From assembly GCF_040938485.1 (NCBI RefSeq), contig NW_027271492.1:1984001-2048000 (forward strand): 64,000 bases of DNA, read 5' to 3'. Source of the stretch: Diadema antillarum (Eukaryota). Positions 36,501 through 48,000 of this stretch are shown one piece after another. Each line of letters begins with the position of its first letter. The first letter of the stretch is position 1. The notes under the pieces are model-generated. The model worked only from the letters and a program-made list of their open reading frames with translations, did no database searches and was not told the origin of the DNA. A program made the position numbers and the translations under genes.

Positions 36501-39046
36501 GTGTCATTCCATTGTGAAAACTGAAGGGTAAAAATATTTTGCATAATCTCTAATAACAAGTGAAAAGTCAGTAAAATTATGAAGTAACAAATATTGTCTC
36601 TCTCTCTTAATAGAGTGAAAAGATATTTCACAAATCAAACTGCTTTGCTCAACTCAACAGAGGTTGGCAGTGCTGAGTGTGTCACATGATAATGGAAGGA
36701 CTAATTGATGGAAATGTTAAAGGTACCGTATAGTTTTGGTTGAGACCTAATTTCAGGTTTCTAACATTTTTGGTGAGATAATGAGAAACCTCTTATGAAA
36801 TATGACAGAGCATGTAATTCTATGAGAAATTCAACGTTTATTTGATGAAAATTGGTTTTGAAATGGCTGCGATATCCAAAAAAGAGCAATTCTAATAAAG
36901 TGTGGGACCCACATTTTATTACAATCGCTTTGTTTTACTTTGTTTTTGGATGTTTCAGTCATTCCAAACCTGATTTTCATCAAATAAACTTTGAATTTCT
37001 CTTAAAATGGTATGCTCTGTACTATATCATAAGTGTTTTCTTGGTATCTCACAAAAATTTAAAAGCCCAATTTTCATCTCCACCAATACTGTACCATCCC
37101 TTTAACTTTTTCTTTCAGGTTGACTATGAAGACGAAGACATTGGTGACAACATTGATGAGGACAATATGAGACATGATGAGGACGACGAAGATGACGATC
37201 TAGACATCGGCGATGTCGGGCAAGCCGGCCTGGATGGAAGTGAATCCGAGGATGAAGCAGGGAAGGAGACCAATGCCCAGGCACACAAGGAGAGTTCCAA
37301 GAACAGAGAGGTGAAGGATAAAAAGAAGTGAGTACTCACTCAGTCATGATTGAAGGTATTACATGTGTGCTTGCCTATCAAGTACAGGGCAGGTATCTAG
37401 CATGGAGATGGCATAATCAGAGGCAATTTTGTGTTAGTCATGACAGAAAACTTCAACACTTAAAGGACAAGTTCACCTTCATAGACATGTGGGTTGAGTG
37501 AATGCAGGAATATTAGTAGAACACGTCATTGAGAGTTTGAGGAAAATCGGACAATCCGTTCAAAAGTTATGAATTTTTGAAGTTTTTGCTCACTTAAGGC
37601 TGGATGAGAAGACTACTATAGCTTGTGATGTCACATGAGTACAACAATATAAAGAAAGAATAAAGAAAATTCAACATATTCTCACTTTTCTCGCATAACA
37701 AAAGAACACTTGACTTCTCTCTTTCAGAAGGCAGGGGGAATAATATTACCCTTAACATATGTCAGTAACAAGTTGAAGAAATGTGCACTTAATTCAAAAA
37801 GTAAAGTTTTGCGAAATTCTCTTTTTATTTTCTTTATATGGTTGTACGCATATGACATCATACACTGTAGTAGTCTTCTCATCCAGCAGTGACTACGCAG
37901 ATACTTTAAAAATTCATAACTTTTGAACGGATTGTCCTATTTTCCCCAAACTTTCACTGATGTGTTCTACTAATATTGCTGCATTCACTCAATCCACATG
38001 TATATGAAGGTGGACTTGTCCTTTAATCTCGGTGTTTACTGGCAGTCCAAGCATGCAGGCCAAAAGATTGTGACAATGTAAAATTGGTGGAAAGGAGACT
38101 GTTCAAAATTGTGGATTTGAGGCACATGGGGGGGGGGGGGGGGGGGGGGGGACTGCTGTATTAGGTGAAGAGCCTCGTGCCTAGCATACAGCTAGTCTTG
38201 GGTGATGCTTACAAGCAATGATGTGCTTTAATTTCACTCAATTATATGGAGCGCCCCATATTAACACTCTTAACCCATTACCAATGGGAAACCTAGTGGG
38301 CCTGGAGCAAAGACTAAGAATTTCAGAATTGTGAAGGGATTAAGGTAACTTATTCTATTATTCTGTAACAAGAGTAGGGAACTAACAAGTGTGTCATGTC
38401 ATGTGTGTCATGTCATTTTATCTTAACTTGTGTCATAAGATTTGATTTTTAACTGTCCGTGAAATAGTTTGAGAATTGTGAAGGCTGGACTGGGAGTTAT
38501 GACAATGTCCCATGATAATATTTTGATGTAAGCTTTTGAAGTTAAATACTCGTTTAGCACATTAACCCGTTGAAGAGGAGTCCTGAGAATACTCGGGCAG
38601 GTGTCTATGGGAAATGTGTGTTATAGCAAAATCAGTCTGTCCTCAACGGGTTAAGAGAATTTCGTTTGTGAGAATTGTTGGTGTGGTTGTTATTATTACC
38701 ATTATTATTAGTATCGTCATTGCTTCGTCATCATTTTCACTGTTTTGTTCTTATCATTGTTATTATTATCATTATCATCATCATCATCATCATCTTTACC
38801 ATCATTTGCTTGCAGTACGTGTATTATCACTTTTGGATGTAAAAATAGGTGCTACGTTTTCTGCCTCCGTTTGATTTCTTGATTTCCAGAGCAATGTGCG
38901 ACAAGAAACGGCGGCTCCTGAAGAAGCAGGCACTGAGGAAGAAGAAGGGGTCAAAGGTCATGGCACGGAAGATGAAGAGCATGAAGAGGAAAACTCTGGG
39001 GAAGTTCATCAAGCGCGGCTCATCGTCAAGGAGACCAAAGCGGTGA
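30490..39046 (+). CDS. NOL12: Nucleolar protein 12 (NOL12 / Rrp17 family, pre-rRNA processing), 5 exons, 242 aa
   Basis: RLVFDEDSRKDFLTGFQKRKKARKK and DHPEHTVTVTSITSLDL match remembered human NOL12 motifs (SFDEEKRREYLTGFHKRK; DHPNHTVTVTTISDLDL). Basic C-terminus. Exon lengths 83+152+128+209+157 = 729 nt, with phases consistent. Confidence 0.92.
31635..31786 (+). CDS. NOL12: NOL12 exon 2
   Basis: DFLTGFQKRKKARKKIAQQEAEEKRREERRKERRERRDALEEELKSIRLP; ctttctcag| and |gtatcg. Confidence 0.93.
31809..32219. mobile_element. PIF/Harbinger-like MITE (TAG TSD)
   Basis: TAG-gggtgcgttcgagcacgctcctaaag ... ctttaggagagcgcttggacgcaccc-TAG. Confidence 0.8.
32829..32921 (+). mobile_element. piggyBac-like MITE, copy 4
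   Basis: Same family; TTAACCC...GGGTTAA. Confidence 0.8.
33184..36021. mobile_element. 2.8-kb pogo/Tigger-like non-autonomous composite element in NOL12 intron 2
   Basis: TA-cagttaaactcggatacctcga ... tcgaggtatccgagtttgactg-TA (1 mismatch in 22 bp); no transposase ORF seen. Confidence 0.8.
34281..35720. repeat. Degenerate 71-bp tandem array, about 20 units
   Basis: Unit starts at 34281, 34352, 34423 and 34494 (71-bp spacing); consensus approximately ccgacatttattttagcatcttacggagctgaatgttactgttattcatttccgaacgtaaaagcaaacat. Confidence 0.9.
36032..36159 (+). CDS. NOL12: NOL12 exon 3
   Basis: EVSETKQAKRDVAVIDHPEHTVTVTSITSLDLEKEHGGVGGNK; ccatcag| and |gtatcc. Confidence 0.9.
36236..36405. mobile_element. 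Degraded CAGGGGCGGATCC-type hAT-like MITE
   Basis: ggtggatccag ... ggatccgcccctg; internal polyC. Confidence 0.55.
36717..37105. mobile_element. Fold-back Kolobok-like MITE, copy 3 (NOL12 intron 3)
   Basis: ttaaaggtaccgtatagttttggttgag...gtaccatccctttaa. Confidence 0.8.
37119..37327 (+). CDS. NOL12: NOL12 exon 4 (acidic tract)
   Basis: VDYEDEDIGDNIDEDNMRHDEDDEDDDLD...REVKDKK; ctttcag| and AA|gtgagt. Confidence 0.88.
37460..38026. mobile_element. Kolobok-like MITE, second family
   Basis: ttaaaggacaagttcaccttcata / tatgaaggtggacttgtcctttaa (1 mismatch); long internal inverted repeats. Confidence 0.85.
38562..38654 (+). mobile_element. piggyBac-like MITE, copy 5
   Basis: TTAACCCGTTGAAG...GTCCTCAACGGGTTAA. 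Confidence 0.85.
38890..39046 (+). CDS. NOL12: NOL12 exon 5 (basic C-terminus, stop TGA)
   Basis: AMCDKKRRLLKKQALRKKKGSKVMARKMKSMKRKTLGKFIKRGSSSRRPKR*; atttccag|; phase 2 fits exon 4. Confidence 0.88.
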
Positions 39047-39189
39047 CGGACGTTCTCTAAACCTCTGTGTACCCTTTGTACCCTTCAAGTGTTGATCGGC
39101 CCAGAAAACCCCATAGCTTTGTACACGCTGTCCAATGTCTCTAGTACTGAAAGGGTTCATGTCTGAGACAATGTATTATATAAGGACAG

Positions 39190-39400
39190 TACTGTAAAAC
39201 ATGATATATTCGCGGCATGAAATTTTCGCGATTTGGAGCCGACAACCTTTTTCGTGGCATGAAATTTTCGCAAATTGCCACTGGCGTTCAATGCATACAG
39301 TGTAGACATGAACTTTCGCGTGCATTTTATTTTCGCAAATCTTGGCGCTCGTGCAATTCGCGAAATTGAAATGCACGCGAACGTTCCTCGTTTTACAGTA
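39190..39400. mobile_element. TACTGTA-type MITE just downstream of the NOL12 stop
   Basis: tactgtaaaac...gttttacagta; TTTTCGC repeats. Confidence 0.75.
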
Positions 39401-39792
39401 TTAGAGATGCACTGGGTCACTTTCACTGGATGTGCTGAAGACAGAGGTGAAATGGCTGCCAATGGAATACAAGGAAGAAATTTGGGGGATTTAGTGAAAA
39501 AAAAAGGTCAATTTCTCTCATGAAAGCCATGAGATATCATTGCTATAAAAAATGAAGATGAAATATATTATTTTCAGTGAGCATATTGAGTTGAGATAAT
39601 GAATATGCTGCCAATGTAATACCATTCAGAGATTCTAGTTCTTTTGACACAATACTGGAGCAGTATAAAATCAATAATTTCCTGGGTGAATGCCGTAAGA
39701 CAATATTGTTTCAGTTTTAATGATGCATGCACTATGCCACTTGAAGTGAGCATACTTATTGTGTTTGTGGGATTTTAAAAGTTCTTGAAGTA

Positions 39793-40002
39793 TACTGTAA
39801 ATGCTGTTATTTTTGCATACAGATATTTTCGCAAATGATGAGGAGGTCACAGACTCTTTCGCAAGATGTTGTTTTCGCAATTTGACATTGAGGCTACTGT
39901 AACGGTACTAATACCTGTCCAATTGCGATATTTTCACACATTAAATTCGCGGCCTAGCATTGTTTCGCGTAATTCAAGAAAATATTAAGAGCTTTTACAG
40001 TA
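39793..40002. mobile_element. TACTGTA-type MITE
   Basis: tactgtaaa...tttacagta; resembles 9290-9517. Confidence 0.65.
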
Positions 40003-41309
40003 GTAGTATTTAGGGCTGCTGGGTAAAAGCACAAGTTGCATTAGCACCGATGTGTCTTTGAGGAGTTCTATTCACAGTACTGCTTTGTGGCCAAGAGCAG
40101 ATTGGAAATATTTGAGACCGAAATATTCGACACCGAAATATTCGGCGTATACAGTCGATATCTGTGCATGTTATGACATGAGATTATGAATGTCTGCCTG
40201 ATTTGTGAAATTACGTTTGACTGCTGAGATGCACGTAATAAAGGATTATCTCAGCGATGCTCTGTGGAACCTTGAGATCCCTCATCTTGATGTGGGAATG
40301 TTTACAGGCCTGGTAATGATATTAATTGGTTAGGCAGGTGTGATAAAATGATTATCTAAAGACAATTTGCACATGTAGAAAGGGTTGACACACTGGTAAG
40401 TGCACATGAAACATATTGAGTCAGTCCCAGTTTTTCACTGTTCTTTAATTTCCTCTTGCAGTATGCTATAAGTTTAAAATCAGTAATAAAAAGGTGTACT
40501 AAACTTCAGGTATGAATTTGCCCGAGGAAGTGTATCATCAGCAGACTACAGAAGCTAATATCTTCTTTCTTCCTTTTTTAAGCAAAGCAATATCCTGCAA
40601 CTATTTTCTTCCTTCAATAAAATCCACTCTGGATATATTGATCTGTATGAACGTGCATGGGACAAGTTTGCTGTACATGGTAAATGAAAAATTCACCCAT
40701 CAACACAAGCTGTAGTTGCCTGAGGGTATGAACCCACCTTCAAGTGATAGGAAGAGCTCAATTATGTTTACAAGATTTACTTTTTTATTATTTCTCAGAC
40801 ACCCAATGGGCTGCATGAGAGAAATTGATTCTGACTGTAGATGGTCACCTAGATCATTTAAACCCTAAACTCTTCCTCTTCCTCCTCCTGACCCGAAAAA
40901 AAGTGTTTCCATCTCAAAATATTGATGTGGACTGATTGTAACCTTGGTCGTAATTAGGCAGAATGCCCAGTGAAGAAGGACGATATTACGGCACTGCATT
41001 TTTTCACAGAGATTATCTCTCTTATTACCTTTCAGTCCCGTAAGAAGGGTCAATGTTTTATTGAAATCTTTGTGTTGTGCCCATCTTCTGTTCAAGTAGC
41101 TGCAAATTTCAGATAATATTCAAAGGTTAAATTTGTTGTCTGTTCCCATCCATAATGAAAAACCCTTTACAAAGACATATGACCATTCGCCGCTGTGATT
41201 GTTTTTATGCCAACATATCAAATAATTATGAATATGACAACACTAGCACCATGGTGACCCAATATGATAATTATGCGAACTGATAATGCTACATTTGTAT
41301 CATTTGTAG

Positions 41310-41513
41310 GGTCTAGGGCAATTACCCCCTGGGCAATTACCCCGGACCCTTCCCCTGGCCCTAATCCTAATCCTAATCCTGAATCTAATCCTAACCCTAA
41401 CCCAAACTCCTAACACTAAACCTAACCCTAACCCTAATCTTAACTCTAACCTTACCACTAACCAGTATTTAGCCGGGTGGTAATTGCCCTCTGGGGGTAA
41501 TTGCCCGGATACG
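41310..41513. mobile_element. Mutator-like MITE with internal telomere-like (CCCTAA)n tract
   Basis: Flanking direct repeat tcatttgtag (41300-41309; 41514-41523); doubled GGGCAATTACCCCC motifs inverted at both ends. Confidence 0.8.
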
Positions 41514-41839
41514 TCATTTGTAGCATATGAGCCACATTTGTGAACCACATAGAACTCGTGAACACTAAGTAGGAGCCTTCTATGGTCATGATCAAAGGGG
41601 CTCTGTGAAAGCTGCTGTGCATCAATGTTAATCAAATTTTCAATTTCGTTTGAAAGTGTACAAAATAGTTAGAAGCTAGTTATGATTTTTTTTTTAATCC
41701 TTGAATGCATATTTATATGCTGATTTATTTTATTTTTGTTTATGCCCGAGTGTGTGGTTGTCTGTGTATGTTCAACATAAAGGATTTTACTTCAACATGG
41801 CAGTGGAATTGTTATTACAAAGATTAGAAAGTTTGAAGC

Positions 41840-42155
41840 TTAAAAGGGGAACCCCAAACTCAAAGAGAAATGTGGACTGAGTGAAAGCAGCAACATTAGT
41901 AGATAGAACATATCAGTGAAAGTTTGAGGAAAATCAGACAACCGATGCAAAAGTTATGAATATTTAAAGTTTTGGTGTTGGAACCACTGGATGAGGAGAC
42001 TACTAGAGGTTATGGAGGAAATATAGAGGGAATTCCACAAAAATTACACATTCCATCAACTTCATACTGACATATGTTAAGGGTAGCAATTATTCCCCAT
42101 GATTCCTGAAAACAGTTAGTCAAGTGCGCTTTCATTACGCTAGAAAACTGTGTGA
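41840..42155. mobile_element. Partial relative of 37460-38026
   Basis: Shared segments gaaagtttgaggaaaatc.gaca..cg...aaaagttatgaat and agactacta. Confidence 0.55.
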
Positions 42156-42163
42156 ACAAACTT

Positions 42164-42258
42164 TTAACCCGAAGAATATGAGTCCCGAGAATATACTTGG
42201 GCAGGTGTCTATTGGAAATGCGTGTTGTAGCAAAATCAGCCTGTCCTCAATGGGTTAA
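42164..42258 (+). mobile_element. piggyBac-like MITE, copy 6
   Basis: Same family; TTAACCCG...TGGGTTAA. Confidence 0.8.
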
Positions 42259-42858
42259 TGTCCATGTACAATTTCTAACTTTCCATCTGAACAAACAGAT
42301 GGTGATTTCCCAATGAGTAATGTTGTAAGTGTCTGCAAAGTTTAATTTTGACAAGTGACTTTCTTGAAATAAAGTAACTCTACATGTACAAAGTTGTACC
42401 ATTAAATCCTCTTCAGTAGTTTTTGTTTATGTTTGTATTCAAATCATTGTAATCTAAAAAAAAACTGTTTACACATTGACAATGATGACTGCACTGATTC
42501 ATAATTCTAAAAGTAGTTATGGTGGATGTTATTGTACAAGTGTTAATAGTACCTGTATTGATAATAGTGTGATAATTGTTATTAGCAGAATTATTATTGT
42601 TACAGCAACAGTAGCAGTAATTGTAGTAAATGTACAAGTATAATATCATTCCAGGCACCTATGCCATTTTCATAAATGTTGCAATCACAGTGAGAAATAC
42701 TGACATCATTTATCATCTCTCAACACAATGTTGCCTGACCAAAACGTTCACCAAGTCATACTCTTTACTCATGAATTGGACATCATGCATTTTGTGAATC
42801 GCTTCAGAAACAAATGAATTGTGCAAAGAGACATGGCGTTCGAAGTACAAAATGGTCT

Positions 42859-42864
42859 TTTATT
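42859..42864 (-). terminator. Candidate poly(A) signal AATAAA of the MMP gene (3' UTR about 2.1 kb)
   Basis: tttatt on the plus strand, with U/GU-rich sequence downstream on the minus strand; position is inferred only. Confidence 0.3.
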
Positions 42865-44941
42865 CAGAACAATAATGAACCACGTTGAGAGTAAATGTTT
42901 GACATAATTCTAAAAAAGCTGCATAAATAAATAAATTATAGTGGATCTTCCCATCTCCACTAAAAGAAAATATTTACAGTCACAAGTTCACTGTGTCATC
43001 GGGTGAGAAGCAGAAGGTCACTAACTCGGCCGATACTTTAGACGGAGTTACGGCTCTTCTGGTTTTCACCTGCCAGTTACTTGGTATATTTCAATAGCCA
43101 CTACGGATAAGACATAAGGCTTGCACTTTTATCATACATATGTACATTGGTTTTTCAATAACCAAATTGCAAGGGATGATAGAAAGAGGTGTTAAACTAA
43201 TTGTTTCTCAAATATCTTTCCTCATTTTTTTTTAATGAATTAAATTCAGGACTTATTGTGGATATGGATGTGGTTGTTTTGCTTGATTGGGATGTAAAAT
43301 AATGCACATAAATTTAGTGATGTAATATGAAAGAAATGCATTATTTACATCCACTTATTCTATCAAATACTATGGTAGAGTTTGTTGGGATTGGGTAATT
43401 TTGATATCAAAAATAGAAAAGAACCAGGTAGCGGAAAACATTTGACCACTCATCTGGAAATCCAAAGCATTCTCAACAGTGAAATAGTCCATCCAAGCAA
43501 AGATCTCTGTGGACACTGTTTTATCATTGTCATTTTTGATATTGTAATCATTTCTATATTTCCTTTTAGATGTGTTCAACTGTTAGACATAGCAGAGCGT
43601 GAATTGATTCGTTGCCATTGGCGCTTCAATGAGCAGAGATATTGTGTACATCTTCCAAGATGCTACTGCCTGGTTTGAAACTCACTATTTCAGTAGTATA
43701 CATGCGTATGAATACCGGCAGTATAAACACACACACACGACACTCGTCTTAATTAAATTTTGGTCCACCATTCCTTTTTTAACCCAGTAGGATTAAAGCA
43801 TTACTCTTAAGTGACAAACATGTCAAGATATATTCATACACTTTTTCCTCCTGAAATGACCATCAGGCAAACACAATGAGGGAAATCCTATTCTTTTTGT
43901 TGGACAAATGAAAAATTCATTTGCTATTGTACAAAGGCACAAGCCATCTCCTGAGATAAGACAAGAGAATCAAGGTTAAAAAAATCAACAAAAATTGTCA
44001 AATCAAACTGATTTCTTGTCAAACAATTTGCCTAATCCAGCCAACACAAGACCAGCGGATGATTGCTCAGAGGGGTAATAAATCCACCCCTCTTGAGTAC
44101 AATTGCATACTCCTTAATACAGATTAGTGCCATGGTAATCGATGTGATGCAGTCATTTGTATAACCCTGTCGTGGTAAAACTTGATTTTTTTTTTTTGAG
44201 GTGCAATATTTATAAATATGATAGCAACACTCGAACAAAAATATGTATAGAAAATAATAAAAAACAATGACAACACAATTTTCGACACTTCAAAATATTC
44301 AGAAGACACCAAAGATGCACCATAGTTTAACAGCCTCATTGTCATCATTAGGCCCTACATCATGGCAAAAAGGTAAACATCGAATCAAACCATTTTTGTA
44401 ATAATATTCACCACTTGTGGAAGTCACAATTGCGAGGGAAAAAGATAAGCCCTTGAATGCTGTAGAAATTCCATTCAGCAAACGAAATATCATTAAGTAC
44501 TCATGGTATTCTTTTTGCAGAATTTAACAGATCATATGAAAGATCCACGTGTTTTTGGTAATGATTTATCAGTATCATATTTCAATTTACAAATATGAGA
44601 TGATTTCATCTGAATGGCTGACAAACTTGTGTCCGAGATGTAAACACACTTTAGTAAAAGGTTCATTCTCCCACACTCAAAACAAGGCATGTGATACATC
44701 CAAAATCTCAGATGACATATCAAACTGTTTTGATAAGATGAAAATAGGCCAAATGCAATTGCCTATTGCCATATACAATGTGCAAGAGGATGGAAGACAA
44801 CGCTGAGTTTCTTAGTTGCTGGGACTAAGCAATAACTCTTCTCATATTAAAGTTACTCCTCAAGGCTTTTGCATGATATGATGTATCTCCTGTGGCTATG
44901 CGTTGAAGTTTACAGTCAAGTTCGTTGCACTTGTCCTTGCA

Positions 44942-45075
44942 CTAGTGTATTTGAGGTTGCTGATTTGGCGGACAGCCCAAAATGTCGATCCCGAAATTCC
45001 TCTTGCCGACGTAAGGTACGTAGTTTCTTTCATTGGCTTCAAAGTAGTCGGGTCCATCAATGAGGAATTTCCTGC
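44942..45075 (-). CDS. MMP exon 8 (hemopexin end, stop TAG)
   Basis: GRKFLIDGPDYFEANERNYVPYVGKRNFGIDILGCPPNQQPQIH*; ttttgtag|. Confidence 0.92.
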
Positions 45076-48000
45076 CTACAAAAGTGGAGAGAGGGACAAG
45101 GAAAACAATAAATGAACTTGTTTTTTTAGATAGATGTTGTTGGATGCCAAAGACATAACGTGCATATTGTCTGTACAAGTCAATATGCACCTCTACCAAA
45201 ATTACCTCCCCATAAAGAAGAATAGAACTAGTTTTCATGTGTTTCAGTGCGCAAACAGATTAACACATGAAGACAAGGTATATAAAGGCAATGATGATAC
45301 AAAGAAAGCCTCAAGTTTTGATTATTTAGGGAAGTTAGATAATGATGGATGCAACTTAAAATAAAAATCTGGTTTGTAATTTTCCCACTTGCAAACTTCC
45401 AATACAACTTTACTTTATCTTATTGAATATAATCAACTGTTACAATCAGTCTGCAGTCTCCACTATTTCCAGGATTAATATAATTATGTTAGCCATTAGT
45501 ACTATACGGAATGTTTTCAATGGAAAATTTTCTTTATGAACAAATTTGTAATATCACAAATATCTTTTTACCACTGCCAGCTCATAGATGCTAACATAAG
45601 ATATGAGAAAGTTTCTGAAAGTGTATGAGCAAATTTCTCAGTTTCTGTGGATCTGTTTTGCTTTGTTTTTGTTTTTTCGCTGCTCCTTACCATAAAATGA
45701 GAATGCAGCCTCAATGTTCGCTGATGGATGGAGTCCGCGAAACACTTTCTGGGTCGACAACCTGTCGGCCTGTCCAGACAACTCGTCGTACAGCCACACT
45801 TTACTCCCTTTGAACAGGTAGGTCTTGCCGCTGGCACGATCGTAGAGGGCAGCATTGACCCGCGAAGGGAAGTTGCTGTTTGCGTCACCGGTGCGGACGG
45901 GTCCTTCGATTAGCGTGGTGCCGTCATATACCCACTTCTTCCGGGCTGTTTGGTTAGACCAAAAGGAAATTGATCTTTTGTTATTACAAGTATTTACCCT
46001 CATTCCAATATACAGTGCGTTTTATTTATTTTTTTTTTTTTCCAAAGAGGAAGAATGTTATACTTATTTTGCACAGATGGATGTGTGCACACTTATCATA
46101 ACAATTTATTCTTTTCGATAAGGACTGGGTTGTGTGTTTCCTCCAATTAGCCTGAATGTGTACAAACGTCCAACTGCTGCAGCAGACGGTCGTAATAACA
46201 TAATGGTTACATGTAACCATAATGTAAAAATAATGATACCTAATGCGCTGAGATTATTCTGCATCAGTAATTTCATTAAAAGTTTTCCAAAATCTGTGGC
46301 AGGGCACTCTTGGTAGATGACTTCTTGAGACTTCGTGGAAAACGTGAGGGAGATATTGTTGCACATTTGTGATTTCGTCGCGTGCAATTTAATTTGTTCC
46401 TGCAGGAGGGCAGTTGTTGTTGTTTTCAATGTCTTCCTAAGACAATGTTCAGTAATATAATCATCGTCCATATGGTGTGATGCATTGTGATTCGTCTGAG
46501 TCTCTACGCGGTGACTCGAATATAATATACAAGGAAGAATGTCTAAATGAAGAACTTAACGATAATAAAGAATCATAACAACTGGATTCTCATCATGAAT
46601 TCAAAGATTACAGGGCTGGTATCATCAATGCGTACCTTTGATAAAGACGATACGACCGTCTTGTCGTTCATACACCGTCTTGATGCCCCTTTTTAGCCCC
46701 TGGAAGAAGTAGAGGACCGAGATGCCGTTGTCTGTATCGACGGGAACCAGCGGCAACGTACCATCGGGAGACCCGTTCGAGTTGTAGCGCGGCCTAAACC
46801 TCCACAGACGCTCGTTCTTCGTGTGGAAGAAAGAGAAACACTTAAATGGTTAAAATATTGTTCTACAACCTTGCAATAGCATTGTTGTAAAACTGAAAAA
46901 CCTACTAAGTTTTCAATACATTGTCTCATTAAAATTTGAAAGTAAATATTCAAGTCTTATTGAAAATATCGAAGCCAAGAGTAGCAGTACACGTATTAGA
47001 AACAGACGCAGTTTGTTGTAGCAGTAGCAGTAACAGTAGTATTGTTGTAGCAGTAATTGTGTTGTTCTTATGAGAGACAAACAAACCTGAACATATTGTA
47101 TGAACTGTGGGGATTACACGACTTATTCTATGAAGAAGCAATGTACATGTACCTTAAACACCATCACTGTCCCCCTGATGTCGGATACGGCGTCGATTGT
47201 CGTGTTGCAGTACGGAGGGACGATAACGGGCGGAATCGTGGGCGTCGTCGTGGGAGCGACAGTGGTGGTCTCCAGATCGGCAAATGGGTGCTTTCCTATA
47301 ATGAAAATAGTAATGATAATTACAATCTCCATCATCATTACCACCATCATCGTCATCATTGTTATAAAAAAAGTCAAAATCATATTGGTTGTATTAATGT
47401 GGCAATTACAATGATAATATCAAGTGTGTCAAGTCCTGTATCGTGTCTGTCACACACGATACCTTTGGCGAACAATATAGAGCTACCTAACATTGCTTCA
47501 TCTACGAGAGCTAATCATAATATATAAAATATTAGCTAATGTAGTTACTGGGTAGGAGTAACTGCCTTGCTTGATGATGCCCTGTACTTGCCTTCGCGTT
47601 TTGTTTTGTTTTGTTTTGTTTTTGTTCACAGAAGTTACTCAGGAAAACGTGAACCCGGCCTTATTTTTGTCAGCTGGCTTGACACACACTGGGAGCAGTG
47701 ACGAACGTTGGCTCGTGTGAAATGTCCTCTACCGTCTTCCAGAACACGACTGATGTGTCTCTTTTATTGGAAATCACTTGATTTAATGCCAGAACGGGTG
47801 GGCATATGTAGCAAACTCTTGTATATGTATGTATCACCACATTATAGTGATATTGCGAACGTGTTTTTTTTTATATTTTAGTTTACCTTCTTGGCAGCTA
47901 ATCAGCCCATAAGTGCTAAAAGCTACAAGGCTAAAGCTGAGTGACAAAAGTATATCTCCATAGTAAATACGAAAATAAGATTTTCTCTTTCTTTCCGCGT

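Noticed and set aside
41358-41455. True telomere or chromosome-fusion scar
   Set aside because: Short, degenerate and enclosed by TIRs and a target-site duplication, so it is part of a MITE.
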